A stretch of 64,000 bases of DNA, taken from contig MNCI01002555.1 of assembly GCA_015680685.1 (NCBI GenBank), positions 196,971-260,970 of the forward strand, written 5' to 3'. This stretch comes from Gnetum montanum (lineage: Eukaryota > Plantae > Gnetophyta). Below the pieces are notes generated by a model. The model was given only the letters and a program-made list of their open reading frames with translations, was not told where the DNA came from and ran no database searches. Each line of letters opens with the position of its first letter. Within the stretch, counting starts at the first letter, position 1. A program made the translations under genes and the position numbers. This document shows, piece by piece, positions 13,590 through 26,330 of the stretch.

Positions 13590-16500
13590 CTAAATGTGGT
13601 ACTGCTTTAGGTACATGTGATTCACTGGATTTGGAAGTTCGTTGCTGTTGATGTCTGCTAGCCTGAATGCTTCATTGCCATATGCATTGACGACCAAGAA
13701 AGGGTCCTCCCAACTTGCAGAGAATCTGCTCACTGGGTCACGAATAGCTTTAAGGACCAAGTCTCCTTTCTTAATCTACCATTCATGCAAGTTGTGATGA
13801 TGTTTTCCTTCTACCTATCCTGATATTTTTCGATGTTGTCGAGTGTCTAGATGCATTTCTCCTCTACTAAGTCTAGATCCATGATTTTGGACTCATTGTG
13901 TTGAGTCTCATTTATAACCATGGAGAGGACCATCTGTAGTGAGGGAACCTATAGTTCAAGGGACAACACTACCTTTGATCTGTAGACTAGTCTGCAGGAT
14001 GTCCTACCAGTAGCTGTTCTGCATGTTGTACGATAGGCCCATAGTATGTAGAGGATTTTCTCATGCCATCGTTTCTTGTTGCTGCTGAGCATCTTTTTCA
14101 GTAAATTGATAACCACCTTATTTGTTACTTCTGCTTGACCATTCACTTATGGGTAATCAGGTGAGGAAAAAGATTACTTAATACCAAGGTTATTGCAGAA
14201 TGATTTGGTTTTGGTGCTACTAAATTGTGGCTCATTGTCGGTCACAATAGTTATGGGAAGCCCAAACTTGGTTACTATGTTATCCAAGATAAAATGGTAA
14301 ACCTGTTGAGATGTAGTCTTTCATAGGGGAATAGCCTCAACCCACTTCGTGAAGTACTCAGTGGCAGTGATAATGAAACAATGTCCTACGGAATACTTAG
14401 GCATGATTGGGCCTATGATGTCTAGTCCCCATCGTTGGAATGGCCAAATGATCTGTGTAGTATGCAACTCAGTTAGTGACACGTGTATTAGACTTGCGTA
14501 ATGCTAGCATATGTTGCATGTCTTAACTTTGGTAAGGTAATCTCATTCTATGTACGACTAGTAATACCCTAAGTGTCTGATTTTAGCAACCATGGCTCGT
14601 GGGGCTATGTGTTCTCCACATAGACCCTCATAAACTTCGCTAACTATCCTTTGCACTTGGTCATTGTTAACACATGTTAACAATACCCCATCAAAAGAGT
14701 GCCTACATAGAGTATTGTATCCAATGATGACATATTGCCTAGCATGCTTGCGGATTACATCCTTTTGTACAGATGTTAACTCGTGTGGTGGTTCGCCATG
14801 TAGAAGGTAGGTTTTAATGTTGTCGTACCATTCTGGCATTCCTTCTGCACTTAGAGAAGAGATTTGCACTACTTGGATGATAGGGTCTATACATTCCATC
14901 ATTAAAGCAGGCAAGGTGGCAAAAAGATGTGGTGGCACATTTAAAGCTAGCGTAGCTAGTGCATCAGCTATAGTGTTCTTGCTACACGGCACGTGTCGAA
15001 CATCATTCATTGTGAATTTTTCAAAAGATCTTTAGCCATATCACAATAGGGTTGTGGATGCACAGCTTTGCAGGCATAAACTTCTATGATTTGATTGACA
15101 ATGAGCATCAAATCACCTCGGATCGTTAGGTGTTGGACGTTCAGTTCTCTGGCTGCTAACAATCCCTTGAGGAGTCCCTTGTATTTTTCCATATTGTTCG
15201 TACAAGGAAACGCTAGGAGGTAAGCAAATGGGCGAACATCCTTAGGGGGAAGCATGATGATAGTGGCAGAATTTCCGCCTCTGGTAGTCAAAGCTCCATC
15301 AAAGTATAATATCACTTCGAGGCCTATTGATATAGGGCTTAAACTATGTACATGTTCATCTGGAAAGTCAAGCTCTATCGTGGCCTAATCGTTAATAGGT
15401 GATGTTACAAGCTGGTCAGCTATTGCTTGGCCTTTCGTGGAAGATTGGCCAATGTAGTGCAAGTAAAATTCTGCTGTGATGGCCCGTAGAATGTTGTTCT
15501 CGTATAAGTTTTTTGTAATGGCCCGTAGGATGTTGTTCTTGCAAATTATGTTAAGTTGGCTGCGAAAAAGATAGTGTCTACATTTATTGAGCGCAAAAAC
15601 CAATGCCAAATAGTTACACTCTACTTCATTGTACCTCGTTTCATATGCAAATAGAGTGTGACTCAGATAATAGATACAGATTTCTGACCTGTCGTCCCTC
15701 TTTTGACATAACAATGTAGCTATGGACACATATGAACTTCCTATGTAGATGTAGAAAGGCTAATCCCTTTCTGGCAGAAAAATCGTTGGCAAATGTAATA
15801 GCTCTTTCTTTAGGTCATCAAAAGCACACTGGCAGTCTTCGGTCCACTCAAAGTTAACCCCCTTCTTGAGCAGATGTTGCATAGGGTGTAATTTGTCTGT
15901 CAACTTTGAGATGAACCTCCTGATAAACTATAACCTACCTTGCAACCCATGCAATTATTTGAGATTTGTAGGTAGTGCCAAGCTAACGATGGCCTTAACC
16001 TTGTCAGGGTCAACTTGTATGCCAACCTCCGAAACCACAAATCCTAACATGCGTCTAGTCTTGACTCCGAACACGCATTTTCTTGAGTTGAGTAATAGGT
16101 CATGCCTGAGACATCATTTAAGGATTAACTCTAAATCCTAAATTCCTAGATTTAACAGCTATGTCATCTATGTACTCATTCAATCTCTCTAAGAGGTAAT
16201 CGCTAAAGATATATGTCATGGCATATTGATAAGTTGCTCTAGCATTTTTTAACCCAAAAGGCATCATGGTGTAACAGAAAGTTCCCCAGGGGGTCATGAA
16301 GGTTATAGTCAATTGATGTTCTGGGTTGATACGGATTTGATTATATCCTGAAAACCCATCCATAAAGGATAGTAAAGAATGTCCAACAGTTGTATCGATA
16401 AGTTGGTTAATACTTGGTAATGGAAAATTGTCTTTAATCGTTGCCTTGTTTAGATCGTAGAGGTCTATACATATGCATATTCCTCCTATTTTCTTAGAAA

Positions 16501-17032
16501 CAACGACGATGTTAGACACCCAATCTGAGTAATCAACTGCGTGGATGAAACCAGCTTGATATAGCTTAGTGATTTCATCATGCACTGCCAACACGATTTC
16601 AGGCTTAATCTTCCATGCATTCTGTCTAATCGCTTTGATATGCAGGTCTAACATGACGTTGTGCTGTATTAGTTGCAGGTCTAACCTCAGCATGTCTTCA
16701 TACGACCATGCAAATGCTGCAACGTTGTTTTGGAGGACTCAAGATATGTCACTCTGCATTTGTTGGTCAAGGAGGAAACTAACCTTCAGAGTTTTTCTTT
16801 CTCCTTTGTGCGTAACCATAGAGGCCTCAGTGAGGGAATCCTCAATCACATCACCAGCCTCCAAGTCTAAGGTTTGGGCTAAATGTTCTAGCTAGTCTGG
16901 GGATAATTCTGAGGCTGCTATGGTTTCATCATAGTAGAAGGTGTCGGTTCCTATCTTTGCAAGATTTGGCTTTCTAAAAGTTTCCCCGTATGGGATTGTG
17001 AGGGCTAGGGGTGTAAGAAAAGCTTCGTCCAT
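13590..17032 (-). pseudogene. pol: pol cistron of element B (RT-RH-aRH-INT, no protease)
   Basis: ORF-track fragments: MDGFSGYNQI...MPFGLKNA...YIDDI (RT), IYYLSHTL...E (RH), ILYFDGA...TNN..GD (aRH), EGLCGEH..GYY and NGQAEVTNK (INT). ATG at 17032 lies 12 nt after the acceptor TTTTGTAG. Confidence 0.93.
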
Positions 17033-17604
17033 TTGCAAACTGACCTACAAAACCACCAAGAATGGAAGTTGTTACATTGCTTTTGTCAACATGGTGAAAT
17101 GATACAAGGTTTTTTAGAGGTGTGTGTCTAAAAGGCTGCTAGTTTAAGGTCTTAGAGGACCATTACAATATGTAGAGTTTGTAATAAAATAGCAAGCAAG
17201 GTTTCCTAGGTGTTAGGTTAAAGTTCTCCTAAACTATAGGTAAAAGTATAAGGTGGTGTGACTAGCGTGACAATAGCTAATTTAGGATTTTTGGCAACCG
17301 TAGTTAATGTGACCGAATTACGAGATGATAAGCTGTGCATTAGTTTAGGGTCTTTTCGGACCACCATCAATGCAATATCTACGAGGTTAATGGTGCGATC
17401 TTTACACTTCATGTCAAACTGACATGCTTGTGTTTTGGGAAAGTTCCATGTTGTACGATCATGAAAATTGTAGGTTTTCACCATCACACTTATAATTAGA
17501 TGTTTCATCTTCCAAGTAAACTGTAAACATAGCAAGGTTAAGTTAGGCTAAGGCAGAAGGAAAGCGTAAGTTAATGATTTTGCAAAGGTTATTGAGGTGG
17601 AAAA

Positions 17605-20600
17605 ATGGCACCGAAGAATGAACGCAAACATGCGAAATTGGCCAAGATTGATGAAGTATAGGAAAGTCTGGGGAGAATTTCAAAAGCACAAGTCGAAACT
17701 CAGGAGGCTACTTCGCTCACCCGATAAGTCATTGTTCACCTTCCTTGTGTGATATATGTGTTGGGTCGTTTTCACTATCATTGTGTCATAATTTGTATTC
17801 ATTTTGAAAATGCGCACTATGTTGGGTGTCGATACCTACCTCTGATAGTTACACTATGCACATTTGTAACATTACCCCTATCTCCATTGTCAGAGACAAA
17901 TCTTACACCATCGTAAGGGTTTGGGCGATCATGGGTAATGTTGTATAAACACAACGCGTAATCGGTCAAGAGTTTAGATGTTGTACCCTTGCATAGTGCA
18001 AAGGGAATTCTATTGTCTTGCCCATAATGGTCATGTGTTATACTAGGATAATATGCTATATCACCTTTATCACCATTGTCATAGACAGACCTTGCACTGT
18101 TGCAAGGGTTTGGGTGGTTTTGGTAGTGCATCTCTAGCATAACATGTGATTTTCTGGGAATCAAGGTAGTGAGAACCTCAGTGTTGTGTGATGGATTCTT
18201 GTGAGTTTTTAGTATTGTTAGCATGTTTAAACTAGTTTCTAATGGTAATGTGTTTTATCATAAAGGAGCACACTAAGGCCCGTCCTGATCGTTCTCAACA
18301 TTATGGGCATTTTATACTGTATAAATGTCCCCGTGGCCAACATTCCTCCTCCCCATGCTTGTGTAGGGAAAGAGGTAGTGTGGTTCCAGATGGGTGCATG
18401 GGAGTTTCTACAATTTTTGTTACATAACTTTAGCGTAATTATTTTTTCGCATCTGTCGGCCGAGACAACCGCCGCCACTCTGGAAACGTTGCTGGTTGGA
18501 TCGTCACAGAGCATCTTGATGTTTCTGGTGAATGGCTCAATCGAGGCCATTAGGAGAAGAGATCGTCAATAGCATGTCAAGGGTTTAAGGTGCTTATCTT
18601 GGATCTGGGAGATGCCGAGGTTTAATTGCTATCATGCCTACAACACATTGTTCGTAGCTCGTCATCTGACAACCTATTTTCAGAATCCACTTGGCATCGT
18701 GTATTATGCCGGAGGGTAAGTGCTATCAAGGTATTGTGATATGTTAACTGCTATTTGATTTTGCATTAGATGTGAACAGTCTTCTATAATCTATGGCATA
18801 GGCTTTTGATTGATGCAGATGGTCTCCAAGGTGATACGGACATGTTATCTATGGTCAAAACAATGTGCTTGCTGGTGTCCTGGGATAACTGGGATTTGAA
18901 ATCCAACAGTACCCTATCTGGTATGCCAAATTCTTTGTCAAGTGTAGAGACTATGGATGGTTGGATAAGGAGTGGACTTTGGATCGTCCCATCATTGTTG
19001 ACAACGTGCAAGAGGACATCCCACCATTTCCTTTGCCTTTTGGACTCAGTAAGTTGCGCTACACTGATTGACTGTGTAACTTTATGAAATGAGAATAATG
19101 TATAAGATTTTACTATTTTTTTGTTCTTTCTAACCTATTTTTTTATAGCTAAAGAATCATAGGAGGTCATAGTGATAGCCTCTGGGCATGACACAGCCAC
19201 CATATTCTTCGCTATGGTGACCTAAATGAAGCACAATGCTGGCTTTGTCACGAAGCAGCCCCAACTACCATAACCAATAACCTCCAGGAAGCTAGACTGA
19301 TGGAGTTATTTCTAGCCATAACCCCCAATGTCACAGTAGCCAAAATGTTGGCCCTAGTCAACTCCTTCAACGAACAAGCAAACCATCTTCACACGTGAGT
19401 GCGTAATGTGCGCGTGAGTTTTGATATTAACGCTCAACTATTCGTCAACTTTTTTGGCATTTCTTCTAATGGTCTCCCAGTGGAAGAAAGATTAAAAAAG
19501 AGTTTTAAACATCAAAAGGACATAGAGGAGTGGCTAGGGATTAAAAAAGAACCAAAAGGCATCTATGCTGAGAAGATCAAGGTAGAGGTGGCTAATATTA
19601 TTTACCCCCTCTTCTGAGCTCATGCTTTTCCCAAGCTACTCTCACAAGAAAAACTCCTTGGCATAGAGTAGGCTTGGGTCATGCGAGAGGTCATGGAGGA
19701 GGGGACATGATATAATTGGGCCAAGCACCTTGCTGAAGGCTTGCAGGCTGAAATGGTCAAGCTTGTCAAGAAGCTTGAGTCTCGTTTCAACATTCATTTT
19801 TCCTTCTTCATAGCTTGTTTGTGGCATTTTGCAAAATTCCTGGTGGTTCACAGGGATGGATTCTAGGTGTAGTAGGATCATAACTAGATCTTCAAACCAT
19901 GGGTTTCCTAGGTCTTCCACATCATTTGATTCCAAGATCCTCCTGAAGGTATTGGAGAGTTGTTTTCACTAACAACTAGGGATCAGGAGGTGCCTCCCGT
20001 CCAAGGCCAGGATAGCATGGGTGGGGTGCCCCCTTCTTATACCAGTAGTGTGTCAAGGGGGAAATGCCTAGTGGCAAAAATAGTGGCTTCATTGGTTCAA
20101 CAAAAAAATCATCATCTAGCTGTGAAGTCTCCTGGCCCGAATGGTGAAGAGGGAAGGAAACTGCAGATTAAGTTTCACAGGAGCCATCCCTCGGCTGGTA
20201 AGTAGAGAAATGCATAATTAGTTTATGTATGTTATGCTATGTATAGACATCGTTGTGTCATGTAGCACTCATGAAAAGTGAGTAAATTTTTTATTTTTGT
20301 TAACTGTGATACGTTTCACAGGAAAAGGGAAAGATGTAGAGGGACTGACCCCTGAAACAGGGGCCATAGTCTTGCGGCATGGAGAAGGGGTCCAAGTTTT
20401 GGAGAAGGAGGCCCTTGTTGACAACGTGGGCAGTACGTAGGCTCCTATGCCTGAGGGGAAGACAAGCATAGGAGATGTTGCAGCCCTTTTAGATAGGATA
20501 GAAAGGGAAGAATAGCTCGTCGCTGGTGAGTTTGGCCACTTGCTTGACCATTCCTCTATGGGAAATATTCTCGTTCCTCTAGGAGTCTTGTATTATTGTA

Positions 20601-21940
20601 GTGTCTCAAATTTTACCTTTGTCTATTGTATTATGTTTAATTCATTTTTTTTGCAGAGTACGCAGTTCTGATAATAGTGGCATACCTTCATCAGCAACTC
20701 CTACTCAATATTGGGTTGAGGCTCCTGACAAATTTGCCTTTATGGAGGGCATTATCAATGATATGATTAGTCTCTTAGAGAGAATTGATCCTGAGATCGG
20801 TACGTCATTGTTGTTACACAGGGATTGTTGAACTGTCACATTATGTTATGCTATTACGTATAATTGCTATTTCCATGTTACAGCATCTTGCCTCAAATGG
20901 GATCCCAAAGAGCCCGTCGACATAGACGCCACCCCTGAACCTTCACTAGAGGTGATCGAAGTGCCACGCAGTCTTTACGATGAAATGCGTAAATGTTTGT
21001 TGCATTCAGCCTGTTCTCTATGGGAGAGTCAGAATGTCAACGAAGACCTCTAGAAGAGGCTGCAGAAAGTAGAAAAAGAGAAAACAACCCTAACTACTAG
21101 GGTTTAAGACCTTGAGTCCAAAAACAAATTTCTGCAAGCTCAAGATATTAATGACGAGAATTGGCGGACAACTATGATTGACTATGCCCACTATTGGACA
21201 ATCGTTAGGAACAACGTTCAAGCTAGCTGTGAGCTCATCAAGCAACAGATTCAAATGGATCTCCTAGCCCAGAAGAACCAAGACTGGAAGGACTTCAGCG
21301 TGAGGGTACAGGAATGGGGGCAGGCATAGAAGAATCATAAACACATGTATAAGCAAGAATGTGCCGCCTATCGTTGACATTACAAAGATTCCATGGTTGA
21401 GGTGTGGTCCCTCTGGCTATTCCTCGATGTCATAGGTGCTTCTAGAGCATATGAAAAGTTTCAGGAGCAAGTGATAGTGAGTGCTTCCCTTGAGAGAGAG
21501 ATGACCCTCCTTGGCGAGGAGACTACTGTCCCTTCCTTTTTCCTGAATCACCGAGATGGACCCCTGTGGAAAAGGGGAAAGAAAGGCTGGAACTGATCTA
21601 GGAGATGGCATTTGGGCAGAGCTCATTGAGGATGAGATTATGCAATGCTTGTTAGTCTGCCTAGAAAAAATTCCCTTCGTGGCTGATGCAAGACCATCAT
21701 AGGTAAGCTACGTTATTGTTGTATTATTCTTACGCAAGATTTTGACGGTGACGCTAACGTTTTCTTTATGTCAAATTATAGGATCAACACGGAGAGGATC
21801 CCCATGAGGAGGAGCCTCACAAAGAGGATCACCCCCATGAAGAGAATCCCCATGAGGAGGGTCCTCATGAGGAAAACCCTCATAAGGTAGATGTGGTGCT
21901 CGATGATGCAGATGGAGGTGGTAATAAAGAGGATGCGTAG
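17605..21940 (+). pseudogene. Element B antisense multi-exon accessory gene (FCP1/NIF-like domain, plant-transposon-type domain, coiled coil, acidic PHEE tail)
   Basis: Approximate exons: 17605-~17721 (MAPKNERK; tentative), 18266-18715, ~18780-19048, ~19149-20197, 20322-~20580, 20657-20799, 20884-21702, 21782-21940. Most junctions are GT..AG, and several match D and C in position. Confidence 0.75.
21798..21885 (+). repeat. 15-bp coding tandem repeat (PHEEx)
   Basis: CCCCATGAGGAG-type units. The phase-0 last exon reads DQHGEDPHEEEPHKEDHPHEENPHEEGPHEENPHKVD with no stop. Confidence 0.75.
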
Positions 21941-22291
21941 CGTAACGATATTGGCCAAAAATCTTGTTGTAATGAAAGGGAATAAAGGATAATCTCTTTG
22001 GTTTTTTAGACATTTATGAAAAGGAAAAAATGCATTGTTAGAAAGGTTAAATGTTTTAGGACACTGTGGGCCTGTGATAGTTTAAGGCCATTTTGGGCTG
22101 GGCAATCGCACATGAAAAAGAATAAACAGAATCACCAGTTTTAGGCCGTTGTGGGCCGTAAATAGTTTAAGGTCATTTTAGGCCATGGTGCATACAAAAA
22201 ATTGTAATGATAATGATGTGATGAGAAAGAACATAAACTATGTAATAGTAAAGAATGTGGACTGATACAATATGTCACGCTAACGTGTTTA

Positions 22292-25200
22292 CTAGATCCA
22301 CAGCTTCTTATTGATCATTTTTAGGTTTGGCAACATGTATGGACGAGGAGGCTTATTACAGCATTCCTCTATACTACCATCTCCTCCCTGAAAGGGTAGT
22401 TCGGCCCAAATCAAGCTTTCATTGGCCATTGTGTTAGCCTATTCCACTATTGGGACAGGAGTTTGATCTTCAAGGATTTCATTCTCTGAATCCTATTCCA
22501 TTTCTACGTTGTTGACAACTTGAGGGATCATCTTATTACCGTGGATGATCATTTTCCCTCCCGCATAGGGCAAGTGAATTTCTTGGTGAATGGGTGATGA
22601 GATGGCTCTTAGTTAAGCCAACCAAGACCTCCCTAAGATTAGGTTGAAGATGGGCATCTCCTCAACAATGATGAACACTACATTTGTGGGGAATTGTCCC
22701 CCTGCTACAAAGTTGATCTACATTGTTCCCTTAACTTGCACTCATGCCCTATTAAATGACTTCAAACATGACGTTGTCATGGGATTGATCTGATCGATCA
22801 AACCTAGTTTATCAACTATGGGAAATGGAATGACATTGGTAGTGGCCCCATCATCTACGTGTACTCTCCGGATCCTATATTGGCCGAGCCAGATAGTGAT
22901 GAACATGGGTGCTATTGTCACCTGACCCTTTTCTGGGTCATCCTTAATTGACTCATCATGGAATGTTAGTTGGGAAGATCGTGGCTATTCAGTAGTGGGG
23001 GAAAGCATGATCGAATGGATTGCTTCTTCATCTACTAGCAAGCTTTCGTCCATGGGTATGGATTCTAGCATGTGAACCATCGCTTCACGATGCCTTTGGG
23101 ATGTCATCAGTAAGTCATACAAGCTCAACATTGTATTTTTCTATTTGAGAGCCTGTTTGACTTGCGTAAGAGTGTCAAGGAGATTATGCCCATGATCTAG
23201 TTGTTTGTTGCCCTTCTCTTCTTCCATTCATCCCAGGAGACGAATCTCTCAGGGAGGAATGGTTTTTGGTTGAGCAACGTGTTTTCTTGGGTAGGGAGAG
23301 GATGGCCACGTCTGCGTAACGTCATCCTTTTTAGAGGTAGGAGAAGCCAAAGGTGCTGAGGTGAGAGGCATAGGCTTAGAAAACCCCAGCATAAGGTGGT
23401 CCTTAACTACTTTGTTTGTCACATGCCCTTCTCCTCTCATTATAGGTTGAGGTCGGGGCATTGACTTAGACGTTTGCCCCTGCGTAGCAAGAGAAACTGA
23501 CGGCTTTGGCACCCTGATGACAAAGGGGGCACTAGGTGTGGGCATGGCCTGGGCCATGGCTTTGATGAAAATCTATTGTGGAATAGTCATCCGAGGTGGA
23601 ACTCGGAGGATATAAGGTTGTCACTGAGCCGCACCCATCGATGTTGACGGGCTTTTCGTCTGAGGAGGGCGAGAAGGCATGCGCAACACAAAGGGTTGCT
23701 TCGACTATGCTGGGCTATCACCTTCCATACCTACTATGTTAATAGTGTACCCTACATTATTTGCATTTAACATGTCTTGGTACACGTGCATAGACTGGTG
23801 TTCTGGATGAACCAAACTACTACTTTCTAGGATCAACTTACCTTGATCAATCATGTGTTGAATGTCATCTTTCAAAGCCCATCAGTAGTCCGTGTCATGA
23901 CCACATAGTTGGTGGTAGTCACAAAAATAATCCAGCCTGAAGTTCTTGGGAACTAGTGGTTCGTTAGGTAGGGCCAAGGAAGGATTCTTGAGCAGCTCAC
24001 AATGCCGTCTGTGGTGCTTTAGGGCCTCCTCAAACACCTTCTTGTGTTGAATGTGGTTAGTTTCCAATAGTTTCTTCAGAAGTTCTGAAGGATTTATAGG
24101 TAGAGCCATGTATTTTGAGTGGTCTCTACGCTCAAAATTAGGCTTTGGCTGAGCGGATGCCTCGGGGGCCAGTGCTATTTTCTGATCAACGCTGTTTGAG
24201 CTAGTTGTGGCTTTAGTGGATGCAGTAGATACTTTCTTGTTGTTATTTTTCTTTTTGGTGCCTTCAACCATGGCTGCTACTATTGTTGCATCCTTGCCCT
24301 TGTCTTTGCTTTTATTGTGTGCATTTTTATAGACCACATACGCTGGGTCTTTGCTAGCCTCTTCCACATCTTAAATGCTCTTAGTCTGAGCAAAGGCTTA
24401 GCTGAGGGAGTGGGGAGCAAGGTAATATAGTTTAAAATTAATGAATTCATTAACTACCCCCTTGAAGATTGTCAACAGATGGGCCTCCATGATGGGTTCA
24501 TGGATTTCGTTCAAGGTGGCGCTCCAATACTATATAAACTTTTGGACTGGCTCAAGTAGATCTTGTTTAACTCCCATTAGCTGGTATAGCATGACCTCTA
24601 GTTTTAGGTTATATTTGAAATGAGTCACGAATTGAGTTAGTAGCTCTTCCAAGGTGGAGATGGAAGAGTGTGGAAGTGCACGATACCAATCTAAAGCCTT
24701 ACCCGTTAGGGACATAGCAAAGACACAGATGATGGTATGTGGCCATTGTTGCAGCAACAATGACTCTAACCTAAAAGTAACTAGATGAGTGTTGGGATCA
24801 CCTTCCCCATTATATTTTGTAAAATGGAGAAGTGACATCCTAGGAGGTAGCAACAAGATGGGTACTACCAGAATGATAGGATCATCATGGTAGAAATCCA
24901 TGACCTATATTATGTTAGAACCAACAGCCTTGAGGCATTTAACCTCCTTGGTAAAGGTTTGAATAAGTTGGAAGGCTTGATCCAGACCCAAGGATGAAGA
25001 GGTTGGTTGTGGAATAGTAGGGGAAGCCACGATTGGTGGTGGGATGGGGGCAATGGCATGGCTTGTAGGTGATGCAGTCGGAACTATCCCTACAGGTGGT
25101 ACTGCCTATGTCATCCACCACCTAGTAGGTGGTGCAGGTAGGGCAAAAACTATCAATTGTGCCATGGGGTACACTTTTTGCATAGCCATGGGCACAGAAA

Positions 25201-26023
25201 ATGATGTTGTAGTCAGATTTACTACCTGCAAGGCTTGATGTTGATGATGAGCGAGATGAGACATCTACATAGGCTATGCTACCAGGGATGACGTACTTGG
25301 AGCCCACAACGTGGTAGTGGTAGGTCCTGCTATTGATTGTGGTGGTATGAGAGTGAAAGCTAGGATGAATACAGGAGTTGTGTGTAATTGCGAAGTGGGT
25401 ACTACGTGCACATATGGTAACGTAGATGTAGGCATGCTATGCAATGGGTTCACTAACTGCGGCTGCAGAGGAATGGTCTGTGAAGGGATGACATCCAGAA
25501 AGGGGATTGGAGAAAAGAAATGCTGATGTGACGCATGCGCAACATGGTCGACGGTAGATAACAATAACAGCATAGTAACCATGAAAAGAAGATTTTCTGG
25601 GGACGTTGTGGAGGGAGGAGCCATAACAAAGCTAGCATGAATGCCTCCCTCAGAGTGGGCATCTAGGTCCTCTTGCCCATCGTTGAATGCTTTGTCATGG
25701 AACACCGCATCTCATTGTTCCATTGACACCCTGGCCATTAACAGTTGATCCAACATCCACTGTTGCTGGTCTGTAAGAGGTATGGAAGCATTAAGTGAAG
25801 GAATGAATTCCTTCCCATTGTAGTAGATGAACTCATATTCGCATTTCTCTTTGAGTTCTTATGGGTACACAGGAAGATTCGCCATAAGCTTGGCACAAAG
25901 GAAATTGTAATGTTCCATTTGTTGAACGTGTCCCTCAGGCTCTTTGTTTTGAATCCTAAGGAATTGGCGTAGCTGCACCGGGCTAGTCGGTGGCTCGATA
26001 GTAGCAGGCGTACCCTACGTCAT
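22292..26023 (-). pseudogene. gag: gag-protease of element B
   Basis: KYNGEGDPNTHL...SLTGKALDWY (retrotransposon gag); YFCDYHQLCGHDTD (Zn-knuckle-like); IRRVHVDDGATTNVIP (aspartic protease). Stop TAG at 22292-22294; start position tentative. Confidence 0.9.
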
Positions 26024-26298
26024 CAAGGGGGTTTTCGAGACTAGCGGTGGGAACGACGGTAGTTATCGCAACCATTCTCTATGTAGTTAGAAGGAAATGA
26101 TAACAAGGATAAAGGTCTTAAAGGCAAAAGAGGGCCAAAGGAAAATGTGGGCTTTCTATCCTGCTGGATTCCAGAGGAATCGTCAAAGTGACCGATCTGT
26201 ACCACATGATCACGTAAACGACCACGGAGGTATCACGTTTACACTAGTCGATAATGGGTACAAATAGCTTACAGGACTACCCGTGAAATGAAAATCAA

Positions 26299-26324
26299 AG
26301 GTTCAAGCTCTCCTTCTAGGGCCA
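26299..26324 (-). promoter_or_regulatory. Primer-binding site of B, complementary to the tRNA-Asn 3' end
   Basis: Plus strand AGGTTCAAGCTCTCCTTCTAGGGCCA versus recalled plant tRNA-Asn(GUU) end ...GGTTCAAGCCCTCCTTCTAGCGCCA; 6 nt from the LTR. Confidence 0.8.
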
Positions 26325-26330
26325 TAAAAC

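Noticed and set aside
21781-21930. Arg/Ser-rich protamine-like tail (GSP*GG...)
   Set aside because: That frame needs many CGA>TGA reversions; the phase-0 frame is open, acidic and matches the last exons of C and D.
17605-21940. Accessory gene as an env gene or an independent host gene
   Set aside because: It is antisense, lies upstream of pol and has no evident signal peptide/TM layout. It occupies the same position in three elements, so it travels with them.
26299-26324. tRNA-Asn gene
   Set aside because: Only the 3' third including CCA is present, adjacent to an LTR, so it is a PBS.
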